From an uncultured Chloroflexia bacterium (GTDB lineage Bacteria > Chloroflexota > Limnocylindria > Limnocylindrales > CSP1-4), in contig CAVXPZ010000001.1 of assembly GCA_963763775.1 (NCBI GenBank), positions 1,440,001 to 1,504,000 of the forward strand: a stretch of DNA of 64,000 bases, written 5' to 3'. This document shows positions 18,306 to 28,201 of this stretch, in pieces. The notes under the pieces are model-generated. The model saw only the letters and a list, made by a program, of their open reading frames with translations, was not told where the DNA came from and did no database searches. Position 1 is the first letter of the stretch, and the number at the start of each line of letters is the position of its first letter. Both the position numbers and the translations under genes were made by a program.

Positions 18306-19887
18306 CTACGCGATCGTGTGGCGCGGGATCCAGCCGACGGTGCCGTCGGGCGTGCGGACCTGCAGGAAGCCCTCGTAGGAGTCGACCAGCTCCACCTCGT
18401 CGCCCCGGTCGAGCCGACCGAGTTCGCGTGAGCTCACGTCGTCCGGGGCGTCGCTGAGGCGGACCCGGCGGTACCCCATCTTGAGGCGTTCGACGCCCTT
18501 CGCCGGCGGCTTGTCGAAGACGACCGGCCCGGTCGCGGTGGAGGCCGAGGCCGCGGTCGCGGCGGCACGAGCGGCGGCGGCCGTGGTCACGGCAGCCAGC
18601 GGCGCATCGTCGTCGATGGCTTGCGGCGCGGCGGCGATCGTGCTCTTCGCGGTGCGCTTGCCACCCTTCGCCTTCTTCGGGTTCGCATCAGCGTCCGCGG
18701 CGGCGGCCGCGACAACGGCCGGCGCGATGGGCGTGGGCGGTGGCGCGGTCTCGACGGCCGGCGCCTTCGGGACGGCGGCCGCCTTCTTCGGCTTCGGGGC
18801 GTTCTTCGGCGCCGTCGGAGGTGCGGTCGGCGGCATCCGCATCGCGTCCCCGCCCCCGGTCGGGAACGGTGCCGCCAACGCGAGGGCACCCTGGCCATCG
18901 GGCTCGCGGTCGCGCTGCCGGCGCATCAGGAACATGAAGAGCAGCACCCCGCCAGCACTGGCGATGAGCCAGGCGAGGAACGGGTTGGGGCTGGTGACGA
19001 AGCCGAGGTCGAGTGAGGCCGTGGGCGACCCGTTGCCCGGGCTGCCGTCGTCACCGCCACCGGTGGTCGCCGCGCCGGCCGCCGAGGGCGAGCCATCGGG
19101 GTGCGACGCGCTGCCGGGATCGGATGACGTCGGACCGACGGGCACGATCACGACCGCTTCGGCCGTGGCGGACGGGCTCGGGGACGCCGCGTCCACGATC
19201 GCCGTGCTCGGCGAGGACGTGGGCGTCGGATGGACCGTCGAGAGGGCCTTCACCGTCGGTTTCGGCGTGGCCTTGACCGTCGGCCTGGCGGTGGCCTTGG
19301 CCGTCGGCTTCGGTGTCGCCTTCGCCGTCGGCTTGGGGGTGGGTTTGGGCGTCGGCTTCGGTGTCGGCTTGGGGGTGGGGGCTCGGCGTGGGCTTGGGCG
19401 TCGGGGTCGGCGTCGGGACAGGGGTGGGGGTCGGGACCGGTGTCGGCGTCGGCGGCGGTGACACCGTGATCGAGCCGCCGGAGACCTCGCAGGTCAGGGG
19501 CGGCGTGACGGTCTGCGTCCCCGGCGTGACCCGGAAGGTCACGGCCCAGGTGCCCGCCGGCCGGGTGAACGTCCGCGAGTACACCGCGCCGGTCGTCAGG
19601 TTGCCGGAGGCAGGATTGAGCCGCCGCGACGTCCCGTCGGAGAAGTAGACGCGGATCGAGTCCGGCACATCCCCCGCGTTGTCCTGGTAGGTCACCGAGA
19701 ACGTGAAGTTCGTGGTGGTCGTGCCCGAGCCGGGTGAGACGCTCGGGTTGGTCAGGCTGCCGTTGTCGGGGCAGCTGACGGCCAGGACCGGGACCACGAA
19801 CAGCGGCAGCAACGCGAGCACAGAGAACGCGACAGCCAGGGCTGCCGCGCGATCCAGTCTTCGTCGATGTCCGCTGGTCTTCGTCAA
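18306..19887 (-). CDS. Membrane-anchored protein: signal peptide, Ig-like domain, Pro/Thr stalk, TM helix, C-terminal SH3 (frameshift near 19380)
   Basis: Two ORFs join within a PTPK repeat; TM LAWLIASAGGVLLFMFLMRR; C-terminus LGRLDRGDEVELVDSYEGFLQVRTPDGTVGWI. Confidence 0.75.
19250..19455 (-). repeat. Coding low-complexity PT/PKPT tandem repeat
   Basis: Repeated cggcgtcgg / gtcggctt units encoding PTPTPKPT. Confidence 0.8.
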
Positions 19888-20039
19888 AGGTCCTCTCCGA
19901 GGGTGCCGCTCGACCGTAGGCGATACACGCGCAGGCGTCCTCGGTCCCAATGGCCTGAGCGGCCGGTACTTTGGTCTCGGTGCGGGGTGGCACCCCTGTG
20001 GCGACCATCAGGCGAGTCGGACTCCGCACTTGGCAGACC

Positions 20040-21665
20040 GTGCCCGATCACCTCGCCGAACCCGTCCCGGCGCATGACGTCGCGACCGCAGAGAGCATCC
20101 GCCGCCGGACCACCCGGGTCCTCGCGGTGCTCTTCGTCGCGCTCATGGGCATCGCGGCGATCGAGGGATTCTGGCCGGGCGGCCCGGATCGCCTTCTGGC
20201 GATCGTGTTCCTCGTCGCGGCGGCCATCGTGCTGCCGATCGTGATGGCGCGCCTCGCCGAGCCGATCCTGCGCGACGTCCAGCGGCTCGAGGACGATCGC
20301 ACGCGCCTCGTCGACATGTACGGACGCGCGCGAGAGGACTCCCTCATCGACGCCCTGACCGGGCTCGGCAACCACCGCGCGTTCCAGGAGGAGCTCAGCC
20401 GGCAGCTCGAACAGGCGACGCGCCACGGCACGACGCTCTCGATCCTGCTCGTCGACGTCGACGACCTCAAGAAGGTCAACGACGAGCGCGGTCATGCCAA
20501 CGGCGACGAGCTGCTCGCCGGTCTCGGGCGGATCACCACGAACGCGATCCGGCGCGGCGACCGCGCCTTCCGTGTGGGCGGCGACGAGTTCGCCGTGATC
20601 CTCCCGAACGCCGACATCGAGACGGGGCTCGTCGTCGCCCGCCGGATGCTCGCGAGCGCCTTGAACGGTGGCTACGCCGGCGGCGGGCCCGTCGAGCCGT
20701 TCTCGCTCTCGATCGGGATCTCGGCGTACCCGACGCCGAGCACCCAGGGCGGCCTGCTCTATCGACATGCCGACGCCGCCTTGTACTGGTGCAAGCGCCA
20801 CGGGCGGACCAATGCGGTCGCGTACGACCCGGGCCGCCACGGCGTCTCACCGGACGAGCGGTCGATCGAGGACGTCTCGGCGGCCCTCGGGACCATCCTC
20901 GCGGAGCGGTCGCTGCGGCCCGTGTACCAGCCGATCTTCTCGATGACGACCGGCGCCGTGATCGGCTACGAAGGGCTCATCCGACCCACCGATGGGTCAC
21001 CGATGGCCGATGCGAGCACGCTGTTCGCGGCCGCCGAACGCGCCGACCGGACCGTCGAGCTCGACATGGCCTGCCTGTCGGTCGTCGCGGACGGCCTCAA
21101 CGGCCTCGACGACGGCGTCTACCTGAGCGTGAACCTGTCGCCGCGCACCCTCGAATCCGACCAGTTCCACCCGATCGAGCTGACCGCGATCTTCGGCCGT
21201 CGCGGGATCAAGCCCGAGCAGCTCGTGATCGAGCTCACCGAGCGCGAGGAGGTCCAGGACCTCCAGCAGCTCCGACGGAATGCCGCCGCCTGCCGGCGCG
21301 CCGGGATGCGCCTCGCCGCCGACGACGTCGGGGCGGGCAACGCGGGGCTTCGCCTCCTGAGCGAGATCCACTTCGACATCGTCAAGGTGGACCTGTCGCT
21401 GGTGCAGGGCGGGATCCTGCATGACCCCTCGCACGGCGTGCTCCGCGCGCTCCAGGAGCTCGCCGCCCGCTGGAGCGCGACGATCATCGCGGAGGGCGTC
21501 GAGACCAGCGAGCAGCTCGCGGTCATCCGCGACCTGGGCATCACTGCCGGTCAGGGCTATCTGCTCGGTCGACCCACCCGCGAGCGCCACGTCGAACCGC
21601 TCGACCTCGACGCCCTGATGCCCGAGGAGCCCTGGGAAGCCGAAGAAGGCTCGCCCGCCGCCTGA
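20040..21665 (+). CDS. Membrane-bound GGDEF-EAL diguanylate cyclase/phosphodiesterase
   Basis: Two TMs; [25 protein letters not shown]; then YQPI, EGL, VNLS, IELTE, DDVGAG, VKVD, AEGVE, QGY. Confidence 0.95.
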   Translation: MPDHLAEPVPAHDVATAESIRRRTTRVLAVLFVALMGIAAIEGFWPGGPDRLLAIVFLVAAAIVLPIVMARLAEPILRDVQRLEDDRTRLVDMYGRAREDSLIDALTGLGNHRAFQEELSRQLEQATRHGTTLSILLVDVDDLKKVNDERGHANGDELLAGLGRITTNAIRRGDRAFRVGGDEFAVILPNADIETGLVVARRMLASALNGGYAGGGPVEPFSLSIGISAYPTPSTQGGLLYRHADAALYWCKRHGRTNAVAYDPGRHGVSPDERSIEDVSAALGTILAERSLRPVYQPIFSMTTGAVIGYEGLIRPTDGSPMADASTLFAAAERADRTVELDMACLSVVADGLNGLDDGVYLSVNLSPRTLESDQFHPIELTAIFGRRGIKPEQLVIELTEREEVQDLQQLRRNAAACRRAGMRLAADDVGAGNAGLRLLSEIHFDIVKVDLSLVQGGILHDPSHGVLRALQELAARWSATIIAEGVETSEQLAVIRDLGITAGQGYLLGRPTRERHVEPLDLDALMPEEPWEAEEGSPAA

Positions 21666-21703
21666 ACGCGGCGTGGCCCGGCCGAGCTCGCCCCGGCCAC
21701 GCC

Positions 21704-23332
21704 TCAGCGCGAGACGCCGGCCTCGTCGACGCCGCACAGGTGGACCGCGACGCCCATCGCGTCGAACATCGCGGCCTTCGCGGCGAGTGCGGTCGGCCGC
21801 CGCCTCGGCACCGTCCGCGTACGCGACCTGGATGTGGTTGGCCCGGTGGCGGGCCATCATCTGGTCGCGCGTGATGCCGTGGAGCACGGCGTGCATGATC
21901 GGCCACTGCGGCGTGGTGGCCTGCCAGCGGCGCTCGGTCTCGGCGGCCGGCAGCTCGACGACCGTGCCCCGACCGATGTCGACGTGGAGCCCGCCGTCCA
22001 TGACGAAGACGCGGCTCCAGACGATCTCGCCGGGCCGGCTGACGCCCTTGATCGTCCCGCCGCCGAGCCCGAAGTACATCGGCGGCTGGCGCTCGCTGAC
22101 GGCGCCGGCATAGCCGCCGACGAGGTGCGCCGGCGGGACGGCGCCGGAGATCTCGAACACCCACACGTAGTCGTCGCCGTACGGCGCGCCCCAGCGCACG
22201 TCGTGGAGCGTGGTCGCCGGGTCGAGACCCAAGCGCCGTCCAGACGCGGTTCGTCACCAGCGCGTCCACCGCGGACCCCTCGTCGACCTCGTTGAAGTGC
22301 GGCAACGGCCGGCCTTCGTACAGCACCGCGGCCGCCGTCGGCGGCGCGGACCGGCGGCCGGTCGGCGTCGTTGAGCAGGCCCTCGGCCAGGTCCGACGCC
22401 GGCGCCATGTCCTTGAGGCCCTGCTGGTACTGGATGCCGATCGCGTCGCAGCCGAACCGGTCCGCGATCCGCACCGCGGCGGTGTACAGCCGCAGCTGGT
22501 CGAGCACCTGGTCCTCGGTCAGCTCGGTGGCGCCGTCCTTCCCGAATCGGAACGTCATGCCGCGGTCGAGCAGCCACCGGTAGGCGGCGCGTGCCTCGCC
22601 GTCGCTCGACCAGCCGCATCTCGGCGACGAGCGCGGACTGGCTGAGCCGCTCCTTGTAGAGGCCCATCGGGTTGAGGTACTCGTCGTCGATGATCGCGTT
22701 GTACATCCCCATGCAGCCTTCGTCGAAGACGCCGAGGATGGCCATACCCGCCGCGAGCTCGCCGGCCAGGCGCCGCCCGAGCGCCGCCGCGTCCGCATCG
22801 CAGGGCGGCGCCGTCCGAGGTCGCGGACGTGCGACGTGTCGTGCTCGATCGTGCCGGTGCGGATCCAGCGGTCCGATCGCGTCGTCCGCGAAGTCGTCGG
22901 TGAGGTCCTCGCTCCAGATCGAGCTGTAGGCGCGGCCCATCTTGGTGAGCGACGCGTTGATGTTGAGCATCCCGACGAGGCCGGGCCACTCGCCGCTCCA
23001 GTTCGCGACGGTCAGGATCGGCCCGCGGTGGCGACGCAGGCCGGCGCAGCACGTGGTGGCTGTACTGCCAGACCGCCTCGGCGACGATCAGCGGCGCGTC
23101 CCGGTCGATCGAGCCGAACACGTCCATGCCCATCCGCTGGCTCGAGATGAACCCGTGGCCGGTCGCCGCGTCGACCGGGATGCCCGCGCCGGACGGTGAC
23201 GCCGTGGCGCGCGAAGGCCGTCTCGACGTGGCCCTCCAGCTCGGCCTGCGCCGGCCAGCCAAGCCGATTGGCGGTCTCGCGCAGGTCGCCGCTGGCGACG
23301 AGGACGGCGTCCCGGATCTGGCGGTCGGTCAC
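21704..23332 (-). CDS. L-fucose/arabinose isomerase-like protein (multiple frameshifts)
   Basis: Fragments [102 protein letters not shown]. Confidence 0.75.
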
Positions 23333-23353
23333 GGGTCGCCCTCCTCGATGGTG

Positions 23354-24682
23354 TCAGCGCGCGGCGGTCGCCTTCGTGCGGGCGGCCTTGCGCGCCGCAT
23401 TCGCCGTCGCCTCGGTCTCGACGTCATCGCCCTCACCGGGCGTCGGCGATCCATCGTAGCGCTCGCGCACGATGCGCTCGCTCCAGGTCGACTCGCCGGC
23501 GTAGCGATCGGCGACCATCTGGTCGAAGGCGTGGACCGAGGACTCCTGGTTCGAGTACCGGCCGGCGACCCATGACGACGACCGCGTCCCCTGCTGCTGG
23601 AGCTCGCAGACGTGCCAGTCCTGCTGGTTGGTCAGGTCCCAGAACGCGATCGCGTCCGACGGGTCGAAGCCCGGCATCGCGATGGTCGACGCCTCGAAGA
23701 GCCAGTCGCAGACGATGGTCGTCCGGTCCGGGCCCTGCGGGACGAGGCGGTGGACGAGCAGGTAGTCCGGGTGGATCGAGAGGAAGGCCATCGGCCACAG
23801 GACGAAGTAGTAGATGCGTCGCTCGTCGAGCGGCGTGATGCCGCGCATCGACGGGCGGCCGTTGGCCGAGCCGTGGCCCGCCTCGGCACCGAGCGACATC
23901 GTCTCGGCCGTCTCCACGAGCTCGTTCCAGCCGCCCTGCCATGCCCCGTTCGGGTCGAAGTCGCCCCCGAGGTCGTACGGCGTCAGGCGGTTCAGCTGCG
24001 GATGGACGCCCGGGCAGTGGTAGCACTCGGAGTAGTTCTCGGCGATGAACTTCCAGTTCGCCTTGACGTCGTACTCGACGCGCTTCGCCGAGCGTAGCGA
24101 GGTGAAATCGAACCGGTCCCAGAGGTCGACGAGGTCGCCGAGCTGCGCCGCGAGCGGTGCCGCCTCGGGATCGAGGTTCAGGAAGATGAACCCCTGCCAC
24201 GTCTCGAGCCGGATGGGCGCGAGCCCGAACTGCTCGAACGAGAAGTCCTCGAGGTCCTCGGTGTGCTTGGCCCGGATCAGGGAGCCATCGAGGTCGTAGA
24301 TCCAGGCGTGGTACGGGCACTGGAACCGGACGACCTTGCCGCACGCCTCCTCGGCGACGGCGGTGCCGCGGTGCCGACAGACGTTGAAGAACGCCCGGAG
24401 CACCTGGTCGCGGCCGCGCACGACGATGACGTTCTCGCCGTCGAGCTCGACCAGGGTGTAGGTCCCCGGATCCCGGACCTCCTCCTCGCGGGCGACCATC
24501 ACCCAGTCCTGGCGCAGGACGTGCTGCCGCTCCCAGTCGAAGATCGCCGGGTCGTGATAGGTGCGCTTGGGCAGCAGCGAGGCGGCGCGGTACTCGCGCC
24601 GGACGGTCGCGAGCTCGTCGGCGGTGATCGGCGCAGCGGCGCCCGTGGTGATCGGCGCAGCGGCGCCCGTGGTCGGGGTCAA
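23354..24682 (-). CDS. Rieske non-heme iron oxygenase alpha subunit (GbcA/choline monooxygenase-like N-demethylase clade)
   Basis: NVCRHRG...CPYHAWIYDLDG; ANWKFIAENYSECYHCPGVHP; FWDLTNQQDWHVCE; probable TTG start. Confidence 0.93.
   Translation of the reverse strand: MTPTTGAAAPITTGAAAPITADELATVRREYRAASLLPKRTYHDPAIFDWERQHVLRQDWVMVAREEEVRDPGTYTLVELDGENVIVVRGRDQVLRAFFNVCRHRGTAVAEEACGKVVRFQCPYHAWIYDLDGSLIRAKHTEDLEDFSFEQFGLAPIRLETWQGFIFLNLDPEAAPLAAQLGDLVDLWDRFDFTSLRSAKRVEYDVKANWKFIAENYSECYHCPGVHPQLNRLTPYDLGGDFDPNGAWQGGWNELVETAETMSLGAEAGHGSANGRPSMRGITPLDERRIYYFVLWPMAFLSIHPDYLLVHRLVPQGPDRTTIVCDWLFEASTIAMPGFDPSDAIAFWDLTNQQDWHVCELQQQGTRSSSWVAGRYSNQESSVHAFDQMVADRYAGESTWSERIVRERYDGSPTPGEGDDVETEATANAARKAARTKATAAR
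24623..24670. repeat. 24-bp tandem duplication at the oxygenase N-terminus
   Basis: GGTGATCGGCGCAGCGGCGCCCGT twice (TGAAAPIT x2). Confidence 0.85.
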
Positions 24683-24700
24683 GGGAGGAACCTCCGGTCT

Positions 24701-24726
24701 GACCCCCGGCACCGAAGCCGGGGGTC
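24701..24726 (-). terminator. Intercistronic stem-loop
   Basis: GACCCCCGGC-ACCGAA-GCCGGGGGTC, a perfect 10-bp stem. Confidence 0.6.
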
Positions 24727-24732
24727 GGTGCT

Positions 24733-25905
24733 TCAGCCGAGCGGGACGGCCTTCTTGGGGTCGAGGAACGGGATCGCCGCCGAGCGCGCCGGGTAGTGGC
24801 CGCCGTCGGGGGCGACGATCTCGAGGGGCGTGCCCGGCTCGGCCAGGCCGATGGGCAGCCATACGTAGCCGATGTTCTTCTTGAGCCGAGGCGACCAGAT
24901 GAGGTCGGTCACGGTGCCCACCGGCTTGCCGTCGTGGAGCGCGTCGCACTTGCGAGAGAGCTCGAACGGGTAGGCGTCTCCCTCGGCCTCGATGCCGACG
25001 AGCTTGCGGTCGACGCCCTTGACCCGGATCTCCTCGAGCGCCGCCTTGCCGATGTAGTCCGCGTCCTGCGTCTCGACGAGCCGCTCGAGGCCCATGACGT
25101 GGAACGGCGTGTCCTTGATGGTGATGTCCGAGCCGTAGTTGAAGATGCCGGCCTCGATGCGGCGCGCCTCGCACGGCGCGATCGGGCGGATCTTGTGCGG
25201 TTTGCCGGCTTCCATGACGCGGTCCCACAGGTCGCCGCCACGGGACGGGTCGCGCAGGTAGATCTCGTAGCCGACCTCGCCGGTCCAGCCGGTTCGGCTG
25301 ATGACGACGGGGATCCCGTCGACCTCGGTCGTGAGCGTCCAGTAGTACTTGATCTCGTCGATGGCCGGGCCGAAGATCGTCCGCATCGTGTCGCGGGACT
25401 TCGGCCCCTGGACCTGGATCGGGTAGACCTCGGGCTCACGGACCGTCACGTCGAGGCCGCTATGGACCGCGACGCCGCGCGCCCACAGGCCCGCGTCGGA
25501 GTCGGCCAGCGCCATCCACCAGCGGTTCTCCTCGATGCGCAGGAGGACCGGGTCGTTGACGATGCCGCCGTCCTCGGCCGTCACCAGCATGTACTTGCCC
25601 TGGCCGACCGCGCACTTGGTCAGGTCGCGCGAGGTCAGCGAGTTCGTGAACGCCGACGCGTCGGGCCCGGTGATCTCGACGATGCGCTCGACCGAGACGT
25701 CCCAGACCGTCACGTCGTTGAGCAGCGCCCAGTACTCCTCGACCGGGTCCGCGTAGTAGCCCGGGAGGTACATGTGGTTGTAGATGTCGTACGCGCTGCA
25801 CCCGGCCTCGAGGGTCTTCTCGAAGAACGGCGACCGCCGATACCACGGCCCGAAATACAGGGTGGACGCGGCTGTGGTCACGGGCGTCGGGTTGGTCTCG
25901 GGCAT
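24733..25905 (-). CDS. GcvT-family folate-binding aminomethyltransferase/demethylase (DmdA-like)
   Basis: YNHMYLP...EEYWALLNDVTVWDVSVER...DGGIVNDPVLL...SRTGWTGEVGYEI...RRIEAG...WSPRLKKNIG. Confidence 0.92.
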   Translation of the reverse strand: MPETNPTPVTTAASTLYFGPWYRRSPFFEKTLEAGCSAYDIYNHMYLPGYYADPVEEYWALLNDVTVWDVSVERIVEITGPDASAFTNSLTSRDLTKCAVGQGKYMLVTAEDGGIVNDPVLLRIEENRWWMALADSDAGLWARGVAVHSGLDVTVREPEVYPIQVQGPKSRDTMRTIFGPAIDEIKYYWTLTTEVDGIPVVISRTGWTGEVGYEIYLRDPSRGGDLWDRVMEAGKPHKIRPIAPCEARRIEAGIFNYGSDITIKDTPFHVMGLERLVETQDADYIGKAALEEIRVKGVDRKLVGIEAEGDAYPFELSRKCDALHDGKPVGTVTDLIWSPRLKKNIGYVWLPIGLAEPGTPLEIVAPDGGHYPARSAAIPFLDPKKAVPLG

Positions 25906-26051
25906 CGCGGTTCGACCTCCTGGCTGGGTTCCGCGATGGTCGGGCATGGGATTCCTATTGCCTCTCACGTTCCATCAGGCGGACCACCATCGCACCGGAC
26001 GCGACGTCGTCGACCACGGTTCGGGGGCGGCCATGGCCGTTCGCAGCCACC

Positions 26052-26253
26052 CCGGACGGATCTCTGCCAGATGCCAACCAGGCCGGCCAACGGCAACGGA
26101 TCGGTCTCGGATCACGCGGAACGACGCCCGACCTGCGCGACCAAGGCCTCCTTCCCGCGGATCCTGAGCGTGGACTCGATGGCGTCGGCACGGACGCGCC
26201 TCCGGGCCGGCGACTCCGGCTGTCCTGGTTGGCAGATGGCAGGATCCCACCGG
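26052..26253. repeat. Nested imperfect inverted repeat (~200 nt), possible structured RNA or MITE remnant
   Basis: Arms 26052-26082 and 26224-26253 (perfect core TGCCAACCAGG/CCTGGTTGGCA); inner stem 26106-26121 with 26152-26168. Confidence 0.6.
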
Positions 26254-26279
26254 ATCGGCGAAGGATCGGCCTTCAGGGC

Positions 26280-26912
26280 TCAGTCGACCGCGAGGGTGCC
26301 GGGCGCCAGGCCGAGCTCGACCTCGGCCGCGCCGGTCGCCCAGGCCACCACGTCCGCGCGCGAGATCGTCGTGCCGTGGGCGACCACCTGGAGCGCGAGC
26401 CCGTCGAGCAACGACAGGATCCGCCACGCCGCGCCGGCAGGGTCGCTGCACCGGAACATCGCGGTCGCGACGCCGTCCCGCACCGTCCCCTCGAGCAGTC
26501 GCTGCCACTCGAGGTTGAGCGTGCGAGAGATGGCCTGGATCGCCGGCCGCCGCGCGGCCTCCGCCCAGGCGTCGAGCCACAGCTGGAACGCCCAGTCCTT
26601 GTCCGCCGGGGTATACGTCTGGAAGAAGAGGCGCAGCGCCTCGACCGGGTCGCCCGCCTCCCCCATCGACCGCGCCGAGATCGCGAGGTCCTGCCGGGCG
26701 ACGCGCTCGAACGCCGCAGCCAGGACCTCGTCCATGGAGTCGAAGTAGTGGTGGATCAGCCCGCTCGACGTGCCCATCTCGGCCGCGACGTCGCGCACGG
26801 TGGTGGACGCCAGGCCCTTGCGGACCGCGACGTCCAGGGCGGCGCTGACGATCGCGTCGCGTCGTCGGTCTGGGGCCATCCGGGTTCGGGTGTGCGTCGC
26901 GATGCCGGTCAC
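26280..26912 (-). CDS. TetR-family (BetI-like) regulator (start uncertain)
   Basis: RRDAIVSAAL...GLASTTVRDVAAEMGTSSGLIHHYF...LWLDAWAEA...LLDGLALQ. Confidence 0.92.
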   Translation of the reverse strand: MTGIATHTRTRMAPDRRRDAIVSAALDVAVRKGLASTTVRDVAAEMGTSSGLIHHYFDSMDEVLAAAFERVARQDLAISARSMGEAGDPVEALRLFFQTYTPADKDWAFQLWLDAWAEAARRPAIQAISRTLNLEWQRLLEGTVRDGVATAMFRCSDPAGAAWRILSLLDGLALQVVAHGTTISRADVVAWATGAAEVELGLAPGTLAVD

Positions 26913-26930
26913 GCCCGCAGGGTAGAACGA

Positions 26931-26961
26931 TATTGCGCACACGTCCAACAACGGCTATCGT
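26931..26961 (+). promoter_or_regulatory. Putative promoter with overlapping TetR operator
   Basis: TTGCGC (26933)-N17-TATCGT (26956); imperfect palindrome ATTGCGCACACGTCCAAC. Confidence 0.5.
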
Positions 26962-27000
26962 GGCCGCTCGGCGTAGCCACCGATGGAGAGGCGCGAGCGC

Positions 27001-28200
27001 ATGATCCGGACGACCCCGTTCCACGAGCGCACCTCGGCGCTCAACAAGACGCATCTGTGGAGTCACTGGTCAGGGACGCTGGCCGCCGACCGGTACCAGA
27101 TGTCGGACAAGTTCGAGTACTTCGCGGTCCGCAACGCGGCGGGGCTGTTCGACTCGAGCCCGCTCTACAAGTACCGCATCACCGGCAAGGACGCCGAGGC
27201 GTTCCTGAGCGGCATCCTCGCCCGGGACATCCGGTCCTGCGAGGTCGGCAACGCCCAGTACACGTGCTGGCTCGACGATCGCGGCTTCGTCATCGAGGAC
27301 GGGGTCATCCTCCATCCGCGGTCGGACGAGTACCTGCTGACGTCGGCCGAGCCGAACTTCGCGTACTTCGCGGACCGCATCGGCCGGATGGCTGTCGGGA
27401 TCGAGGAGGTCAGCTCGGATATCGGCACGCTCGCGCTCCAGGGCCCGCGGTCGCGGGCACTCCTCGCGAGGCTGGTCCCCCAGATGGAGCACATCCCCTA
27501 CTTCGGGGTGGCCCACGGCGAGATCGGCGGGGCGGCGGTCACGGTCAGCCGGACCGGCTACAGCGGCGACCTCGGCTACGAGGTCTGGGTCGACGAGCCG
27601 GACGCCCTCCACGTCTGGGACACGATGTGGGACAGCATGGACGGCTACGGCGTCCTGCCCTTCGGGCTCGCGGCGCTCTACATGCTCCGCATCGAGGCCG
27701 GTCTGCTCCTCCTCGACGCCGACTTCGACTCGAGCCGGTTCGCCTGGAACGACGCCCACCGCTCGACGCCGATCGAGCTGGGCTGGGCGTGGATGTTCCG
27801 GGACCTCAAGAACGACGACCGCGCCTTCATCGGCCGCAAGGCGCTCGAGCACGAGATCGCGAACAAGACCTCGCGCTGGGCGATGCGCGGGCTCATCGTG
27901 GACTGGAAGGATTACGACCGGGTCTACAACGAGGCCGGGCTGATCCCGCCCAAGGACCACACGCCGATCGTCGAGGACTGGATGCTCTACGACGAGGACT
28001 ACGAGCGCGTCGGGTACGCGACGAGCTTCATGTACTCGCCGATGCTCCAGCGCCACATCGCCATCGCGAGGGTCCGACCGGACTTCGCGGCGTTCGGCAC
28101 CAAGGTGGACCTGGAGTTCACCGTCGACCACCATTACGAGCGGGTCGCAGCGCATGTCGCCCGGCTGCCGCTCTACAACCCAGAGCGAAAGACGGCCTGA
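27001..28200 (+). CDS. GcvT-family aminomethyltransferase
   Basis: RTTPFH...EYFAVRNAAGLFDSSPL...SRTGYSGDLGYEVW...RIEAGL...YSPMLQRHIAIA. Confidence 0.93.
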   Translation: MIRTTPFHERTSALNKTHLWSHWSGTLAADRYQMSDKFEYFAVRNAAGLFDSSPLYKYRITGKDAEAFLSGILARDIRSCEVGNAQYTCWLDDRGFVIEDGVILHPRSDEYLLTSAEPNFAYFADRIGRMAVGIEEVSSDIGTLALQGPRSRALLARLVPQMEHIPYFGVAHGEIGGAAVTVSRTGYSGDLGYEVWVDEPDALHVWDTMWDSMDGYGVLPFGLAALYMLRIEAGLLLLDADFDSSRFAWNDAHRSTPIELGWAWMFRDLKNDDRAFIGRKALEHEIANKTSRWAMRGLIVDWKDYDRVYNEAGLIPPKDHTPIVEDWMLYDEDYERVGYATSFMYSPMLQRHIAIARVRPDFAAFGTKVDLEFTVDHHYERVAAHVARLPLYNPERKTA

Positions 28201-28201
28201 G

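Noticed and set aside
19250-19455. Possible CRISPR or non-coding repeat array
   Set aside because: Degenerate 6/12-bp units encode a Pro/Thr stalk; there are no spacers or cas genes. The same applies to 30340-30400 and 56700-57000.
19888-20039. c-di-GMP or c-di-AMP riboswitch between the SH3 and GGDEF-EAL genes
   Set aside because: No recognisable aptamer consensus on either strand.
25906-26279. Glycine or THF riboswitch before the GcvT-like gene
   Set aside because: I could not find the GGAGA/CCGAAG/CTCAGG glycine-aptamer pattern or a THF consensus in the right order on the minus strand.
24733-28200. Calling the aminomethyltransferases gcvT
   Set aside because: No gcvH or gcvP nearby, and the motifs fit demethylase-type paralogs.
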